A stretch of 64,000 nt of DNA from Octopus vulgaris (GCA_951406725.2 OX597814.1:107632001-107696000), one strand, 5' to 3'. Positions 38,460 through 52,629 are shown, counted from the stretch's first letter. Translations and numbers: made by a program. The notes: generated from the letters alone by a model not told the origin.

Positions 38460-38650
38460 ATGTGTGTGTGTTTGTGTGTCTGTGTCTGTCCCCCTAGCAT
38501 CGCTTGACAACCGATGCTGGTGTGTTTACGTCCCCGTAACTTAGTGGAATAAGTACTAGGCTTACAAAGAATAAGTCCTAGGGTCGATGTGTTCGATTAA
38601 AGGTGGTGCTCCAGCATGGTCACAGTCAAATGACTGAAACAAGTAAAAGA
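38242..38650 (+). mobile_element. tRNA-derived CORE-type SINE, full length (major family)
   Basis: Head GGCGTAGGAGTGGCTGTGTGGTAAG..GGTTCAGTC, CORE-like GCACCTTGGGCAAGTGTCTT, internal (TA)(TG)n, tail CAGCATGG..TGACTGAAACAAGTAAAAGA; about 20 whole or partial copies in the window. Confidence 0.88.
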
Positions 38651-39721
38651 GGTAGGTTTTGATTCCTGGCAAAGAATCCAGGAAACGATTTGTTTCTCAT
38701 ACCTAAGCATTGTTTTTATTGCCAAATGATGATGTTGTAATAGGGATTCAAAACTGAACTGCTCGATCATGCATCACAACTGAACCACAACAGTGTCGTG
38801 TAATTCAATCTTCTAGAATCTTCTTCTTGTACCTTATAAAAGGCTACATTTGCTCGTATGTGTTGGGGTGGAGGTCATTAATAGTAGAATGTTGAGGCAG
38901 CTGAGAGATATGTGTTTCAATTCTTGTCATACCAGACTGTGTGAACTTTTACCAGCCAGCCAATACAGGAAGATAGCTAAGACAGATGGTGCAGACAGAA
39001 GACGGTAAGCTCGGTCACCACAAATATAGCACAATTCATCATCATCATCATCATCATTTAACGTCTGTTGTCCATGCTGGCATGGGTTGGCTGGTTTGAC
39101 CAGAGCTGGTGAGCTGGGAGCTGTACCAGATTCCAATTGTTTGTTGTAGCATGGTTTCTATGGCTGGATGCCCTTCCTAACGCCAACCACTTTACAGAGT
39201 GGGCTGGCTGCTTTTACGTGGCACCACATGGATGCTTTTATGTGGTGCCACATGGGCATTTTTACGTGACACTGCACAAGCACTTTTATGTGACTCTGCA
39301 ATGAGTGCCTCACACAACCAGAAGGATTAGTCTCAACACTTCTGTTGCAGGGGATGGGTCTCGAGTTTGGCCAGGCGCCAGGTGTCTTAGTCTTTTTGTA
39401 CTTCATCCTTGTTCTTCAGTGTTTCCAGTTATTACAGTTCTATATTTAAGAGATGAGGAATTACGTACATTATTTACATTTGACGGATATTTGTCCTCAT
39501 CTTGTTTGTTGTTAACACAACGTATACCCTCCAGCCTTCATCAGATGTCTTGGGGAAATTTTGAACCTGGGTTCTCATTCCTAAGGTATTTTTTTATGTT
39601 ATTATTATTATCACTACGCCATATACCTGTTCGTTAAGTGCACGGGCTACTAACTCCAAGATTCCAAGTTTGAATCCAGGCAGTGACCTGAACAATAATA
39701 ATAATAATGATGATGATGATG

Positions 39722-39753
<32 letters not shown>

Positions 39754-39788
39754 GATGATGATGATGATGATGATGATGATAATAATAA

Positions 39789-39951
39789 TGGGGCTGCAAT
39801 AAGAGTGGAGCACTTTCAGGAAACAGCACTGCTTGGGAACCGCTTGAATACTCTGGAAGGTACTCAAAAAATAAGAGGTGTTACCTTAGTTCACTGGTAG
39901 TGAACAGCTGACATGGTAGTACATCTCCAGCATTAGAAGCTGTGCAATGGC
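39789..39951 (+). mobile_element. Short 3' end of the same Dong family as 21-22 kb
   Basis: Colinear with 22018-22160 (AACAGCACTGCTTGG..GGTGTTACCTTAG..AGAAGCTG); (AAT)n tail. Confidence 0.85.
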
Positions 39952-39989
<38 letters not shown>

Positions 39990-39991
<2 letters not shown>

Positions 39992-40546
39992 GCCCTGATG
40001 CAGTACTAGGCAGTGGCTCTCATGGCTTCTGATCTTAACTGATTGGAAGTGTTATCATGTACATTGTTTTGTCTTGGTATAAAAGATGGGCTACAGCAAA
40101 TATTCTGCTTAATACCACAGATTTGCTTGTCAGTTGTTTGACCTTAACCAGTTGAGCATGTCCCTTAGTGGCTGACGATATGTGCATCTCTGATTACGAG
40201 CAGAAGTAGTGGGGGAGCATCATAGCCATGTGTTGAGAGGGATTCTTTGGGGTTTGAATAATTCACCTCTGGAAACATGGGTGTTTTGTTCAACATCCCT
40301 AAACAACCCTTATTCAGGGACCGTTTGAGCGGGATGGGCTACTCAACCTGAAGAAAATTCTAACTGGGCCCCACCTGCAAGGTCATGTGCTGTTTATCTT
40401 GATAGGAAATCACCATGTCGTGCACATATGGTTGTGATGCATGTGCCTGGTGTACCTTTATCAGACGGGTAGTCATGATGGGTATATTGGGCTTCGTATA
40501 TTTTACCCCAGTGTCACTTTGATGGCATGAACTGCTCTCTCACTCA
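39990..40546 (+). mobile_element. Unclassified (AAT)-tailed repeat, probably the 3' UTR of a further TAA-targeting LINE
   Basis: Discrete 550-bp block bounded by (AAT)n on both sides within the nested cluster; no ORF recognised. Confidence 0.5.
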
Positions 40547-40560
40547 ATAATAATAATAAT

Positions 40561-43500
40561 AAGCGATCAATGCTTTAGCCATACCAGTCATGACTTACAG
40601 TTTCAATATCGTTAACTGGTCAATTACTGAAATATGTAATCTGGACAGAAAAATACGAAAACTGTTGACAATGCATAGAATGCACCACCCTAAGGCAGAT
40701 ATAGAACGACTTTATCTACCAAGAAAAGAGGGAGGCTGTGGGCTTTTACAACTGGCAATAACAATGAAGGTTGCTACAATTGGCTTAGACACCTACCTGA
40801 AAAACTCTGAGGACTGGATGTTAAAACTTGTCTCAAAACATGAAAACAAGAAAGCATCATACTCAGTAACAAAACAGGCAAAAGAATATCTAAGTGAATT
40901 CCAAATACAACAAATTCCGGAATTAGACACACAAGAAATAAGCACAGAAAAAGCTAAGCACATGAAAACCCATGCTATAACTGCTGCCTTAGATATTCTG
41001 AATGATAAATGGCAAGAAAAACCTCTCAATGGCAAATATCCAAAGAGAGTGAATAATGCAGATGTTGACAAAGCCCTGACCCATCAATGGCTAATGGCCT
41101 CTAGGCTTAAAATCTGAAACAGAAGGGTTTATCATAGTAGCTCAAGATCAATGCCTACCTACAAGGAACTACCAGGCCAACATATTAAAGAACGGCAGTA
41201 GCCCAACATGTCGTGTATGTCAACAACAAAATGAAACCACTGATCATGTTGTCTCCAAATGCAGTCTTCTTGCGCCTACAGAGTATCTCAACAGGCATGA
41301 TAGAGCTGCACAATATATTCACTGGGTAATTTGCAAAAACCTGGACTTGCCCCATGATAAAAACTGGTGGGAACACAAACCACCTCCAATGCTTGAAAAT
41401 GACCACATCTCACTCCTCTGGAACTTCACCATTCAAACTGACAGAAAGATAGAAGCGAATAGGCCAGACATCATAGTAAAAGACTTCAGACAAAAAACAT
41501 GCCTCCTCATTGATATGACTGTCCTAATCAATATAAACGTATCTGTCAAGACCTACCAGAAACTGAGCAAATATAAAGATCTGGAAATAGAAATCAGCAA
41601 AATGTGGAACCTAAAGACTAAAACAATACCTGTTGTCATAGGTGCCCTGGGAATGATAGCAAAAGGGGCTGATTGCTACCTAACTCAGATACCAGGAAAC
41701 CCCAAAATGGCAGAAATTCAAAAGATAGTGCTCATGGGAACTGCTCATCATCATCATCATCATCATCGTTTAATGTCCGTTCTCCATGCTAGCATGGGTT
41801 GGACGGTTCGACCAGGGATCTGGGAAGCCAGAAGGCTGCGCCAGGTTCCGGTCTTATCTGGCAATGTTTCTACAGCTGGATGCCCTTCCTAACACCAACC
41901 ACTCCGTGAGTGTAGTGGGTGCTTTTTACGTGCCACCTGCACTGGTGCCAGGCGAGGCTGGCATCGGCCACGGTCGGATTGGTGCATTTTACGTGCCACC
42001 TGCACGGAAGCCAGTCGAGGCGGCACTGGCTTCGGCCACGATTCTGGATGGTGCTTTTTACCTGCCACTGACACGGAATCCAGTCGAGGCGGCGCTGGCA
42101 TCGGCCACGATTCGGATAGTGCTTTTTACGTATCTCCAGTCCAGGGGGGTTGGCATAGGTGCCTGTCGTCGGATGAGGTTCGATATCAACTTCGCTTGCC
42201 TCAACAGGTCTTTGTGTGTCCAAGGGAGGAAAGGCATGCATAAGTGGGCTGGACTCACTTGTCCTGCCTGGTTTTTTCACGCACAGCATATTTCCAAAGG
42301 TCTCAGTCGCTGGTAATTTCCTCAGTGAGACCTAAAGTTCGAAGGTCATGCTTCACCACCTCATCCCAAGTTTTCCTGGGTCTACCCCTTCCACGGGTTC
42401 CCTCCACTGCTAGGGATTGGCACTTTTTCACACACCTATCTTCATCCATTTTCGCCACATGACCATACCAGCGCAATCGTCTCTCTTGCAGACCACAACT
42501 GATGCTCCTTAGGTCCAACATTTCTCTCAGGGTACTAATGCTCTGTCGAGCATGCACACTGACATTACACATCCATCGGAGCATACTGGCTTCATTTCTC
42601 GCAAGCTTACGCATGTCCTCAGCAGTCACGGCCCACTTTCACTGCCATGTAGCATGGCTGTTTGTACACATGCATCATACAGTCTGCCTTTTACTCTGAG
42701 CGAGAGGCCTTTTGTCACCAGCAGAGGTAAGAGCTCCCTAAACTTTGCCCAGGCTATTCTTACTCTAGCCGTTACACTTTCAGCACACCCACCCCCACAA
42801 CTGACTTGGTCACCAAGATAATGGAAGCTATCAACTACTTCTAGTTTTTCCCCCTGGAAAGTGACGGAAGTTGTTTTCTGCAGATTTTCAGAGGTTAATG
42901 CTCCCGAGCATCTGCCACATACAAAAACCATCTTCCTAGTTAGCCTTCCTTTGACATTGCTGCACCTCTTATGTGTCCATAGCTTACACTTGGTGCATCT
43001 TATAGAGTTTCTACCTACACCTTTTCTACAGATCGAGCAGGGCCATCTACCTGAAGGCGTTTGTGATTTGTCTACCTTCCTACTTATTACAACTTTGGTT
43101 TTAGCTAGATTGACTCTAAGGCCCTTCGATTCTAAACCTTGCTTCCACACCTGAAACTTCTCCTCCAGTTCTGATAGTGACTCAGCAATTAGAGCAAGGT
43201 CATCAGCATAGAGGAGCTCCCAGGGGCATCCTGTCTTGAATTCCTCCATTATTGCCTGGAGGACTATGATAAATAGGAGGGGGCTGAGGACTGAGCCTTG
43301 GTGGACCCCTACCTCTACCCAGAATTCTTCACTGTACTCGTTGCCAACCCTCACCTTACTAGCAGCGTCCCTGTACATGGCTCGCACAGCTCTCACTAAC
43401 CATTCATCTATCCCTAGTTTCCTCATTGACCACCAGATGAGGGATCGGGGGACCCTGTCAAAGGTTTTCTCCATGTCAACAAAAGCCAGGTACAGGGGCT

Positions 43501-44197
43501 TATCTTTAGCTAGGTATTTCTCCTGCAGCTGCCTTACCAGGAATATAGCATCAGTGGTACTTTTCCCTGGCACGAACCCAAACTGCATCTCATCTAAACT
43601 ATCTCTCTCTCTAATTAGTTGGGTTATGACCCTCTCTGTAACCTTCATCACCTGATCCAACAGCTTGATACCTCTGTAATTATTTGTATCTAGGGCGTCA
43701 CCTTTACCTTTGTAGCAGTTGACTATTATGCTGCTACACCAGTCATTGGGTATGATTCCTTCGTGTATCACCTGATTAACTATACGGGTGACTAGGCTTT
43801 AGCCGACACTACCAGATATTTTGAGCATCTCTGCAGTGATACCTGATGGGCCTGGGGCTTTCCCTGTCTTCATGCTTCTAATTGCCTTAACTACCAAGGA
43901 ACTATCAACTCTGATAGCTGGTCCCTCTGTTGGGTCAACATTCGGCAGACTCTCTTCATCCCATTCATTTTCTCTCATATCCTACGCAAAATACTTTCTA
44001 TCTAATCTCAAGTTTTAAAACAAACATAATTTTCATAAGGGTTCTTTAGGCATTCACTAGTACAACACTAAGTACAAAACCAAATATATGGCACCTTAGG
44101 CATAACACCAACATGAACTTCCAACTTGTTGTCTCTTGAGGTCTCTGGGTGAGACTTGGAGCCAGCTTGTGCAAATGTAAAGCAAAAGTCAAACATA

Positions 44198-44198
<1 letters not shown>
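40561..44198 (+). mobile_element. R4/Dong-type element B, split by the RTE insertion
   Basis: MHHPKADIERLYLPRKEGG, RPDIIVKD..LLIDMTV; frame KIVLMGTAH (ends 41748) resumes as ILRKILSI-stop at 43979-44005, then 3' UTR and (TAA)n. Confidence 0.9.
41749..43973 (-). mobile_element. RTE-clade LINE, 5' truncated, inserted in a Dong element
   Basis: ORF 42626-43771 with RT motifs (YADD), frameshifted continuation 42303-42629, 3' UTR with repeats, (CAT)n at the left end; CTCAT duplicated at 41744-41748 and 43974-43978. Confidence 0.93.
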
Positions 44199-44251
<53 letters not shown>

Positions 44252-44263
44252 TAATAATAATAA

Positions 44264-46767
44264 GTGGAAGAATTCTGGAGAGAAATATGGTCGGCGAACA
44301 AACAACCCCAAAAAAGGAGTATTAAAACAACAAACTCAGCATCTGAGCAACTTTGGACCCCCATAACAACTGAAGAGGTCACCCAGGCACTGCAAAGACT
44401 AAGCAACTGGAAGGCACCTGGGCATGACAAGATCCCCAACTTCTGGTTGAAATATCTAACAGGAATGCACAAAAAGCTGGCTGAAATCTTTAACAACATA
44501 CTAGCAGAGCCAGAGACAATGCCAGAATGGCTCACGAAGGGGAAAACCATCTTAATTCCCAAATCAAATGAGACAACAAAACCAGAAAACTACAGACCAA
44601 TAACCTGTCTCCCTACAATGTACAAGGCATTTACTGCAGTGATATCGCAAAGGTTGAACAAGCACCTAGACGAAAACAACTTGTTTCCAGAAGAGCAGAA
44701 AGGATGTCGCAAAGGCTCATATGGCTGTAAAGATCAACTAATGATTAATAAAGCCATAACTGAAGACAGCCACAGAAAGAAGAAAGGCCTCAGTGTGGCT
44801 TGGATCGACTACAAAAAGGCGTTTGATAGCATCCCCCACACATGGATCCTCGAAACACTAGCCATTAACAAAGTAACACCAACAATTATAAAATTCATAG
44901 GACACTCTATGAATAAATAGCAAACAGTGCTACAGCTCCAAACAAAAGAGGGACTCATGAAAACCAAAGACATCCCCATTAGAAGAGGAATATTCCAGGG
45001 AGACACGCTCTCTCCACTCCTTTTCTGCTTGGTACTGCCACCTCTATCTGATATGCTAAACAGAACTGGATGTGGATATAAATGTTATGGCAAAACGATC
45101 AGCCACCTTTTATATATGGATGACCTAAAACTATACGCTGCAAATGACAAACAGCTGGAAACACTATTAAAGACAGTTCATAGATTTACCAAAGAAATAG
45201 ATATGAAATTTGGATTAGAAAAATGCGCCAAAGTAACCATGAAAAGAGGAAAACTAGTTAAGAGTAGCAACATCACACTAGATAAAACCAATGAAATAAA
45301 AGAATTAGACCAAAGCCAAACTTACAAATACTTAGGAATCCATGAACTAGATAAGACACAACACACACAAATGAAAGAGAAAATAAAAGAAGAATATTAT
45401 AGACGAGTTAGATCAATACTAAAAACAGAGCTCAATGCTAAAAACAAGATAATAGGTATTAACACTTTAGCTGTCCCAGTTATAAGTTACAGCTACAATA
45501 TCCTTAACTGGACACTAAATGAACTGACCAAAATAGATAGGAAAACAAGAAAAATAATGACAGGATCTAGGATGCATCACCCAAAATCTGACATAGAAAG
45601 ACTATATATACAACGTATAGAAGGTGGTAGAGGCCTTATACAGCTGGAAAACTACTATAAAATAACCACCATAGGACTGCAAAAATATCTACTTCAGAAG
45701 GAAGGAAAACTGATACAAATAGCGGCAAAACACGAGCAAAACAAAAAAACTGTTCTCAGTATTTAAGGAAGCTGACAAATACAAACAAGAAATTATACCA
45801 CCTAACAAATATGAAGAAGAAGAAGAAGATGAAGAAACAACAAAAGCTATAAAACAAATGAAATCCAAACTAAAACTAGAACAGCAAAGAACCATGATAA
45901 AACGATGGCAAGAAAAGCCTCTTCATGGTAAATACTGGACTAAACTAAATGCAAAAGAAATAGACAAAGAAAAATCCCAGCAATGGTTGAGAAGCTCAGG
46001 ACTCAAAGCAGAGACAGAGGGATTTTTAATTGCAGCACAAGACCAAAGCCTCCCCACCAGAAATTACCAAAAACATGTAAAGAAAAGAAATATAACAAGT
46101 AACTGTAGAATATGTGGAGATGGACAAGAAACAATAAATCATATTATCTCTGGCTGCCCAGTCCTGGCTAAGAAGGAATATATTCACAGACATGACAGAG
46201 TTGGAACCTACATACACTGGAAGCTATGCCAACATTATGGAATAACAACAGAAAAAAGATGGTATAGGCACACACCAGAAAAGGTCACAGAAAACGAGAA
46301 AGCAACCATACTCTGGGATATGCCGATACACACAGATAAAGAAATTAAAGCCAACAGACCAGATATAGTTGTCAGAGATCATGAAGGAAAAAAATGCTTT
46401 CTAATTGATGTATCAATACCGGCAGATGACAACGTGTCTCTAAAAGAAATGGAGAAACTTTCAAAATACAAAGACCTGGAAATAGAGGTAACCAGAATGT
46501 GGAATCTAAAAACAGAAACAATCCCTATCATAGTAGGTGCATTAGGCATGATAAAAAAATATTCAGACAAATACATAACAAAAGCACCAGGACTTACAAA
46601 CACATGTAACATACAGAAAATTGCACTACTAGGCACTGCACTCATCCTACACAGAACACTTTCCATACAATAACCATCAGAGCATCACAACAAATCACAG
46701 CACATACCCAAGGCACACAGAGCTGCGCCCGGTAGTGAAGTGAAAGCACGCTATAAAAATAAAACTA

Positions 46768-46770
<3 letters not shown>
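44264..46770 (+). mobile_element. R4/Dong-type element C, 5' truncated, RT + CCHC + restriction-like endonuclease
   Basis: WKAPGHD, NYRPITCL, WIDYKKAFDS, GIFQGDTLSP, YMDD, CRICGDGQETINHIISGC, RPDIVV..IDVSIP; one stop (44918-44920) and one frameshift (about 45750); (TAA)n on both sides. Confidence 0.95.
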
Positions 46771-46808
<38 letters not shown>

Positions 46809-46868
46809 CAATAACAATAATATTGAAAAATACCTTAGGAATGAGAACCAGGTTCAAAATTTCCCCAA

Positions 46869-46914
46869 GACACCTGATGAAGGCTGGAGAGTATATCAGT
46901 CGAAATGTTGTGTT
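46869..46914 (+). ncRNA. Minimal type-I hammerhead ribozyme motif, core intact
   Basis: Stem I GACAC/GTGTT; CTGATGA 46874-46880 plus one extra A; stem II GGCTG/CAGTC; GAAA 46902-46905; A-U stem III with 2-nt loop (ACGT palindrome in the 3.9 kb copy); GUU cleavage triplet. Confidence 0.75.
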
Positions 46915-47029
46915 AACAACAAACAAGATGAGGAAAATGTCCGTCAAATGTAAATAATGTTTCCAGTTATGTTCAGCAAGTCATGTCTTGCCATAAACTC
47001 CAAGCAGTATGTTTCTCCCTGGATGTAAT

Positions 47030-47292
47030 AAAAATTAATAAATGCACCCTTTTAAAGCCTAGCCAGGCTCATGGGCCCGGTTTCCCCGGTTTCTATGGCG
47101 TATGTGTTCCCCAGCTGGACGGGACGCCAGTCCATCGCAGTGTTACTCATTTTTGCCAGCTGAGTGGACTGGAGCAACGTGAAATGAAGTGTTTTGCTCA
47201 AGAACACAACACGTCGCCCAGTCCAGGAATCGAAACCACAATCTTACGATCATCGTGCTGACACCCTAACCACTAAGCCACGCGCCTCCACT
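47030..47292 (-). mobile_element. Second tRNA-derived SINE family
   Basis: Minus strand TGGAGGCGCGTGGCTTAGTGGTTAG (A box), GGTTTCGATTCC (B box), TTCTTGAGCAAAACACTT; relatives at 4370-4500 and 20140-20340 (minus). Confidence 0.8.
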
Positions 47293-47829
47293 CTCAGTAT
47301 GTAATAGTTGTTATCTGTAAAAGGCCAACACAGTTTGTCTTCATGTGTGGTAATAAATTCTTCTGTTAAATGATTCGTTGGTGTTGTTCAGGTACTTCTA
47401 CACGCAGCTCAATAAACATTTTCATTCATCAACTCAACCAGTCACCACCACAAACCAGACCAACAACAACAACAACATCCATGTAACAATATATATTTGA
47501 ATTTTAAATACTCTGGCAAATTCTGTCGACGCTTCTTACTATCAGGGGTTACCATTATGGACGCTAAAGTTCAAAACACAAACAGTAAATTAAAAATTCT
47601 CAGACAACAGACTCTCCTCGGCTCCTCCTTCCCTCGCGTCTCACAAGTTCTCTAGACATTATTAAAACTTGTCTTTTTGGTAATTACAAAACGTCTCAAC
47701 TAACTTTCAATTTGTCATTCACACGAGTCCTTTCTTTAATTTCATCTGTCTCTTTCTCTATATTATCTTTCTCTATGTTATCTTTCTGTCTACAACTGTT
47801 TTTCTGTGTCACTGTCTGTCTGCCTCATT

Positions 47830-47864
<35 letters not shown>

Positions 47865-47963
47865 AGAAACACACGTAAACACAGATGAATACTGACACAT
47901 ACATATAATACATATGCATATACACACATGCACACTCTCACATCTATCTATCTATATACACTT

Positions 47964-48034
<71 letters not shown>

Positions 48035-48067
48035 CTATACATGCATGCATATATATGTATGTGTGTG

Positions 48068-48197
48068 TTCCTTTCTGTTGAAGAGTGTAGGCTCGAAACG
48101 TAAAACACTTTCCCACCTTCCCAAGCATCAAACTAATACACCTGCTTGTTGCTTATACACCTGTCTTCATCTTCTGTTTTTCTGTAAATTTCAACTA
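48068..48197 (+). mobile_element. Short microsatellite-associated repeat with HHR-like motif (A6 variant)
   Basis: TTT-CTGTTGA-A-GAGT-GTAG-GCTC-GAAA-CG-TA-AAA at 48072-48105; homologous minus copy at 2861-2980 and 3' end also at 2570-2600. Confidence 0.6.
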
Positions 48198-48421
48198 TAT
48201 ATATCATATATATATATGTATGTATATATATTCGCATGAGTCGTCTAAGAGATTATAAATCAGGGAAAAGATGCACTCATATATCTGACAGTATAGTGGT
48301 TATATTAATTGAAGTGTACAGTATCATATATCCATCATGGCTTATCTTGCTAACTAGTTTTGCACTTGAGGTTCAACAGAGTGTTAGGTATATAAATATA
48401 TATATATACACACACACACAC

Positions 48422-48460
<39 letters not shown>

Positions 48461-48844
48461 TCCAAATTGAGGGAGTGGAGCTGGTAAAATCCAGGCTACA
48501 TATGTTTCCTAGTTAGCAAATCCTTTGATGTAATAATTACTCAATGACGAGTGCTCAATTAACTACTCATCAGTCTGAAGATATTTTAATTATATGAAGG
48601 CAGCATTGTAATTAAGGAATCCCAAGTTAACTCACCAAAGATATAATTTTGAATGGGGTTTTATTCACATTCATAGCAAATTAAGTTTTGCTAACCATGA
48701 GCTATAAAAAAATTTTTTTGAGCTTATTGAATTTTGACATGAGGAAAGCTTATTGTTCCTGAATGTTGTTTTTTGTATACCTACCACTGACTGCTTAAAG
48801 CTTACAAGCTTCCTACACTTAGATCTTTGGATCGTATAATTACA

Positions 48845-50058
48845 TACTTAAAAGGGAAAGCCCCCAGCACATCAAGAATTACTGCTGAGATGCTTAAAAT
48901 ATTTGGCAGAGTGGGATATGGCCTAGTCTCCCATATAGTTAATCAGTTTGTCCACAAGGGAGTCAAACCCAGTGATTGGAGTAGCAGCATTATAGGCAAC
49001 TGCTACAAAGTTAAAGGTGACACCTTTGACAGAAATATTCGAGAGGTACCAAACTGCTGGACCAGGTGATGAAAGTTACAGAAGGGGTCATAGGAAAAGA
49101 TTTAGCGAAGATGAGATGCAGTTTGGTTTTGTGCCAGGGAGAAGCACTACAAATGCTATCTCCTTTAGAAGTATTTGGCCAAAAATAAACCTCTATATTA
49201 GGCTTTTGTTGACATGGAGAAAGCCTTTGTCAGAGTCCCATACACCTTATCTGGTGGTCAATGCGGAAGCTAGGGATAGATGAGTGGTAGGGGAGAGTTG
49301 TACAAGCCACATACAAGGACATTGTTCATAGGGGGGAAGATGGCAATGAGTGTAACAATGAATTCAGTGCACAGGTAGGAGTCCACAAGGGATTGCTTCT
49401 CAGACCCTTCTTGTTTATCATAGTCCTCCAGGCTAAAACAGGAGAATTTCAAGATTGGCTGCCCTTAGGAGCTCCTCTATGCTGTTATTATTGCTGAATG
49501 ACTACCAGAACTAGAGAAGAAATTTCAGGTATGGAAGCAAGGTCTGGAATCAAAGGGCTTTAGCATTAACTTAGCAAAGACCAAAGTAATGATAAGCAGG
49601 AAGACATACAAATCACAGATCCCTTCAGGGAAATAGCCCTGTTGAGATGTTGAGAAGATGTCGGTAGAGACTTCATACAATACCCAGTGCAAGCTATGGA
49701 CACATGAGGGGTTTAGCGGTATCACAAAAAGGTTAGCAGAGAAAGTAGTCATTGTGTGTGGCAGATATGCAGGTACAATAAATACGAGGAATGTGCAGAA
49801 AATAGACTCCTTCAAATGTCCTGGGGAATCTCAGAAGTAGTAGAAAGTTTCCATTACCTAGGTGAGCGTAGGTAGAAGTTCTGAAAGTGTAGTTGCTAGA
49901 ATAAGAATAGGCCAGATAAAGCTGTGGGACCTGCTACCTTTGTTGGTAACAAAGGGCCTCTCCCATGGAGTGAAAGTCAAATTGTATGATGCTTGTGTAC
50001 AAATAGCTATGTTCCATGGTGGTGAGACATGGGCTGTGACTACTGACGACATGTGTTA
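48845..50058 (+). pseudogene. Old, heavily decayed RTE LINE RT fragment
   Basis: Fragments EMQFGFVPGRSTT, TQCKLWTH, LLPLLVTKGLS, ETWAVT colinear with the younger RTE copies; many frameshifts. Confidence 0.88.
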
Positions 50059-50314
50059 AGCCTAGATGTGTTTGTCTGCATCACTACTTCCATATCAGCT
50101 CACCTTGGAGCTCTCATATATACATATATATGTCTACACATACACACACACATATTGAGAAAGCAGAAACATCCATTCGTAAATCCTCTCTCTCCCTTTC
50201 CTCCGTCTTATTCTTTCCTTCCCTCTTTCTCCCTCTGCATCTCCCTCTCTCTCACTCTCTCTGTTTTTTTTCTCATGCTTGAAATCCTGACATTATGCTA
50301 CCAGTAAAATCCAC

Positions 50315-50980
<666 letters not shown>

Positions 50981-51333
50981 ACTTGCTCTGTGTGTGTGTC
51001 CTGCCCCTCCCTCCCCACTGCACATGGAGCATGGCACCTCTGCACCAGAAGCCAGTGGAAAAAGCCAGCATCAAGGAGTGTCCAAGAGTAACAAGTGTAG
51101 ACTCTGTCGGCGGAATAGAGAGAGTTTGTTTATTTAATGTACAAAGAGGGAGATCTGAGACGGCTTTGATGTGCCAAATGTCAATGGAGGAAGTTGCTTG
51201 ATTACATGGAATATAATGACATTGATGGCGGCGGTTGGTGGCGGCGGCGGCGGTGGTGGTGGTGGTGGTAATGATGATGATGTTCATAATGATGATGGTG
51301 AGGATGGTGGTGGCAGCAGCAGTGGTGGTAGTA

Positions 51334-51383
<50 letters not shown>

Positions 51384-51534
51384 GGTGGTGGTGGTGGTGG
51401 TAATGGTAGTAGTGGTGATATTTGATAGTGATGGGGGAGTGGTGGTGGTGATGGTAGTTTTAAGATCTCAGAGTATTTAAATGATTCATTTACCAGAACC
51501 TGAAAAGAAGTCCCACCAGTATGCAAGGACAGGC

Positions 51535-51579
<45 letters not shown>

Positions 51580-52496
51580 TATACTCTCTCTCTCTCACAC
51601 ACACACACTGAAACACATGAATATACCATCAGTGTATGTGTGTGTGTGTGTGTGTGTTTCCTGGTTTTCACATTACATCAAAATTTTAAACGAACAATCT
51701 ACAAATCCGATATTCTGTGAAAAAACAAGTCTGACCATGGAGGGGAATATTACTTAGCTTGGAAAGGGACGGTGGTTAGAGACAGGGAGAGCATCCAGTC
51801 ATAGAGGGCATCCAGTCATAGAGGGAATCTGCCTCAATAAGTTCTGTCAGACCCATGGGGCAAGCATGTAAACCCGTGCATTGAAATTCTGATAAAAATT
51901 ATGATACAAATCAGCATCATCATCATCATCATCATCATTTAACGCCTGTTTTCCATGTTGGCATGGGTTGGATGCCATAACCAGAGCTGGCAAGATGGAG
52001 AGCTACACCGGGTTCCAATCCGATTTGTCATGGATTCTATGGCAGGATAAAAATGCGCTTCCTAACACCAACCACTCCAAGAGTGTATTGGGTGCTTTTC
52101 ACATGCCACTGGCACAGATGTCAGTTACGTGACACTGGCATCAGCCACAACTATGATTTCACATCTTTATTATAATCATCATCATCATCATTATCATCAT
52201 CATCATCATCATGTCCATTGTTTTCATATTCACTTTTCCAAGTTTGCATTGATCAGACAGAATTCATAGAAATAAATTTTTGATGGCTGGATGCTCTTCC
52301 TGTTGCCAACCCTCACCATACTGCTTTCAGTTTCTGTCAACCAAATACACTCCCAGGTCTTTGGTTAACCCAGGGGTTTACAGTGGAGGACACCGCTCCA
52401 GAGTAACCTACAGTTACTACACACATACAAACAAATAGATATGTATATATGAAAAATATACATACATATATATGTATGTGTGAGTAGATATATGTG

Positions 52497-52582
<86 letters not shown>

Positions 52583-52629
52583 AGTGTATATATATATATA
52601 TATATTATTATTATTATTATTTTTACATA

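Larger units (their letters stand above)
39433..46957. mobile_element. tRNA-head/hammerhead element, inverted dimer, hosting a nested LINE cluster
   Basis: Minus tail 39433-39600, plus tRNA head about 39633-39692, plus tail 46822-46957; exact 13-bp direct repeat TGTTTCCAGTTAT at 39420-39432 and 46958-46970. Confidence 0.85.

Noticed and set aside
24434-46673. RT ORFs as intact active genes, or 5' HDV-like ribozymes
   Set aside because: All LINE copies are 5' truncated and most carry stops or frameshifts; no 5' ends are present to inspect
51225-51460. GGC/GGT/GAT tract ORFs
   Set aside because: Pure trinucleotide microsatellite with no splice or domain evidence
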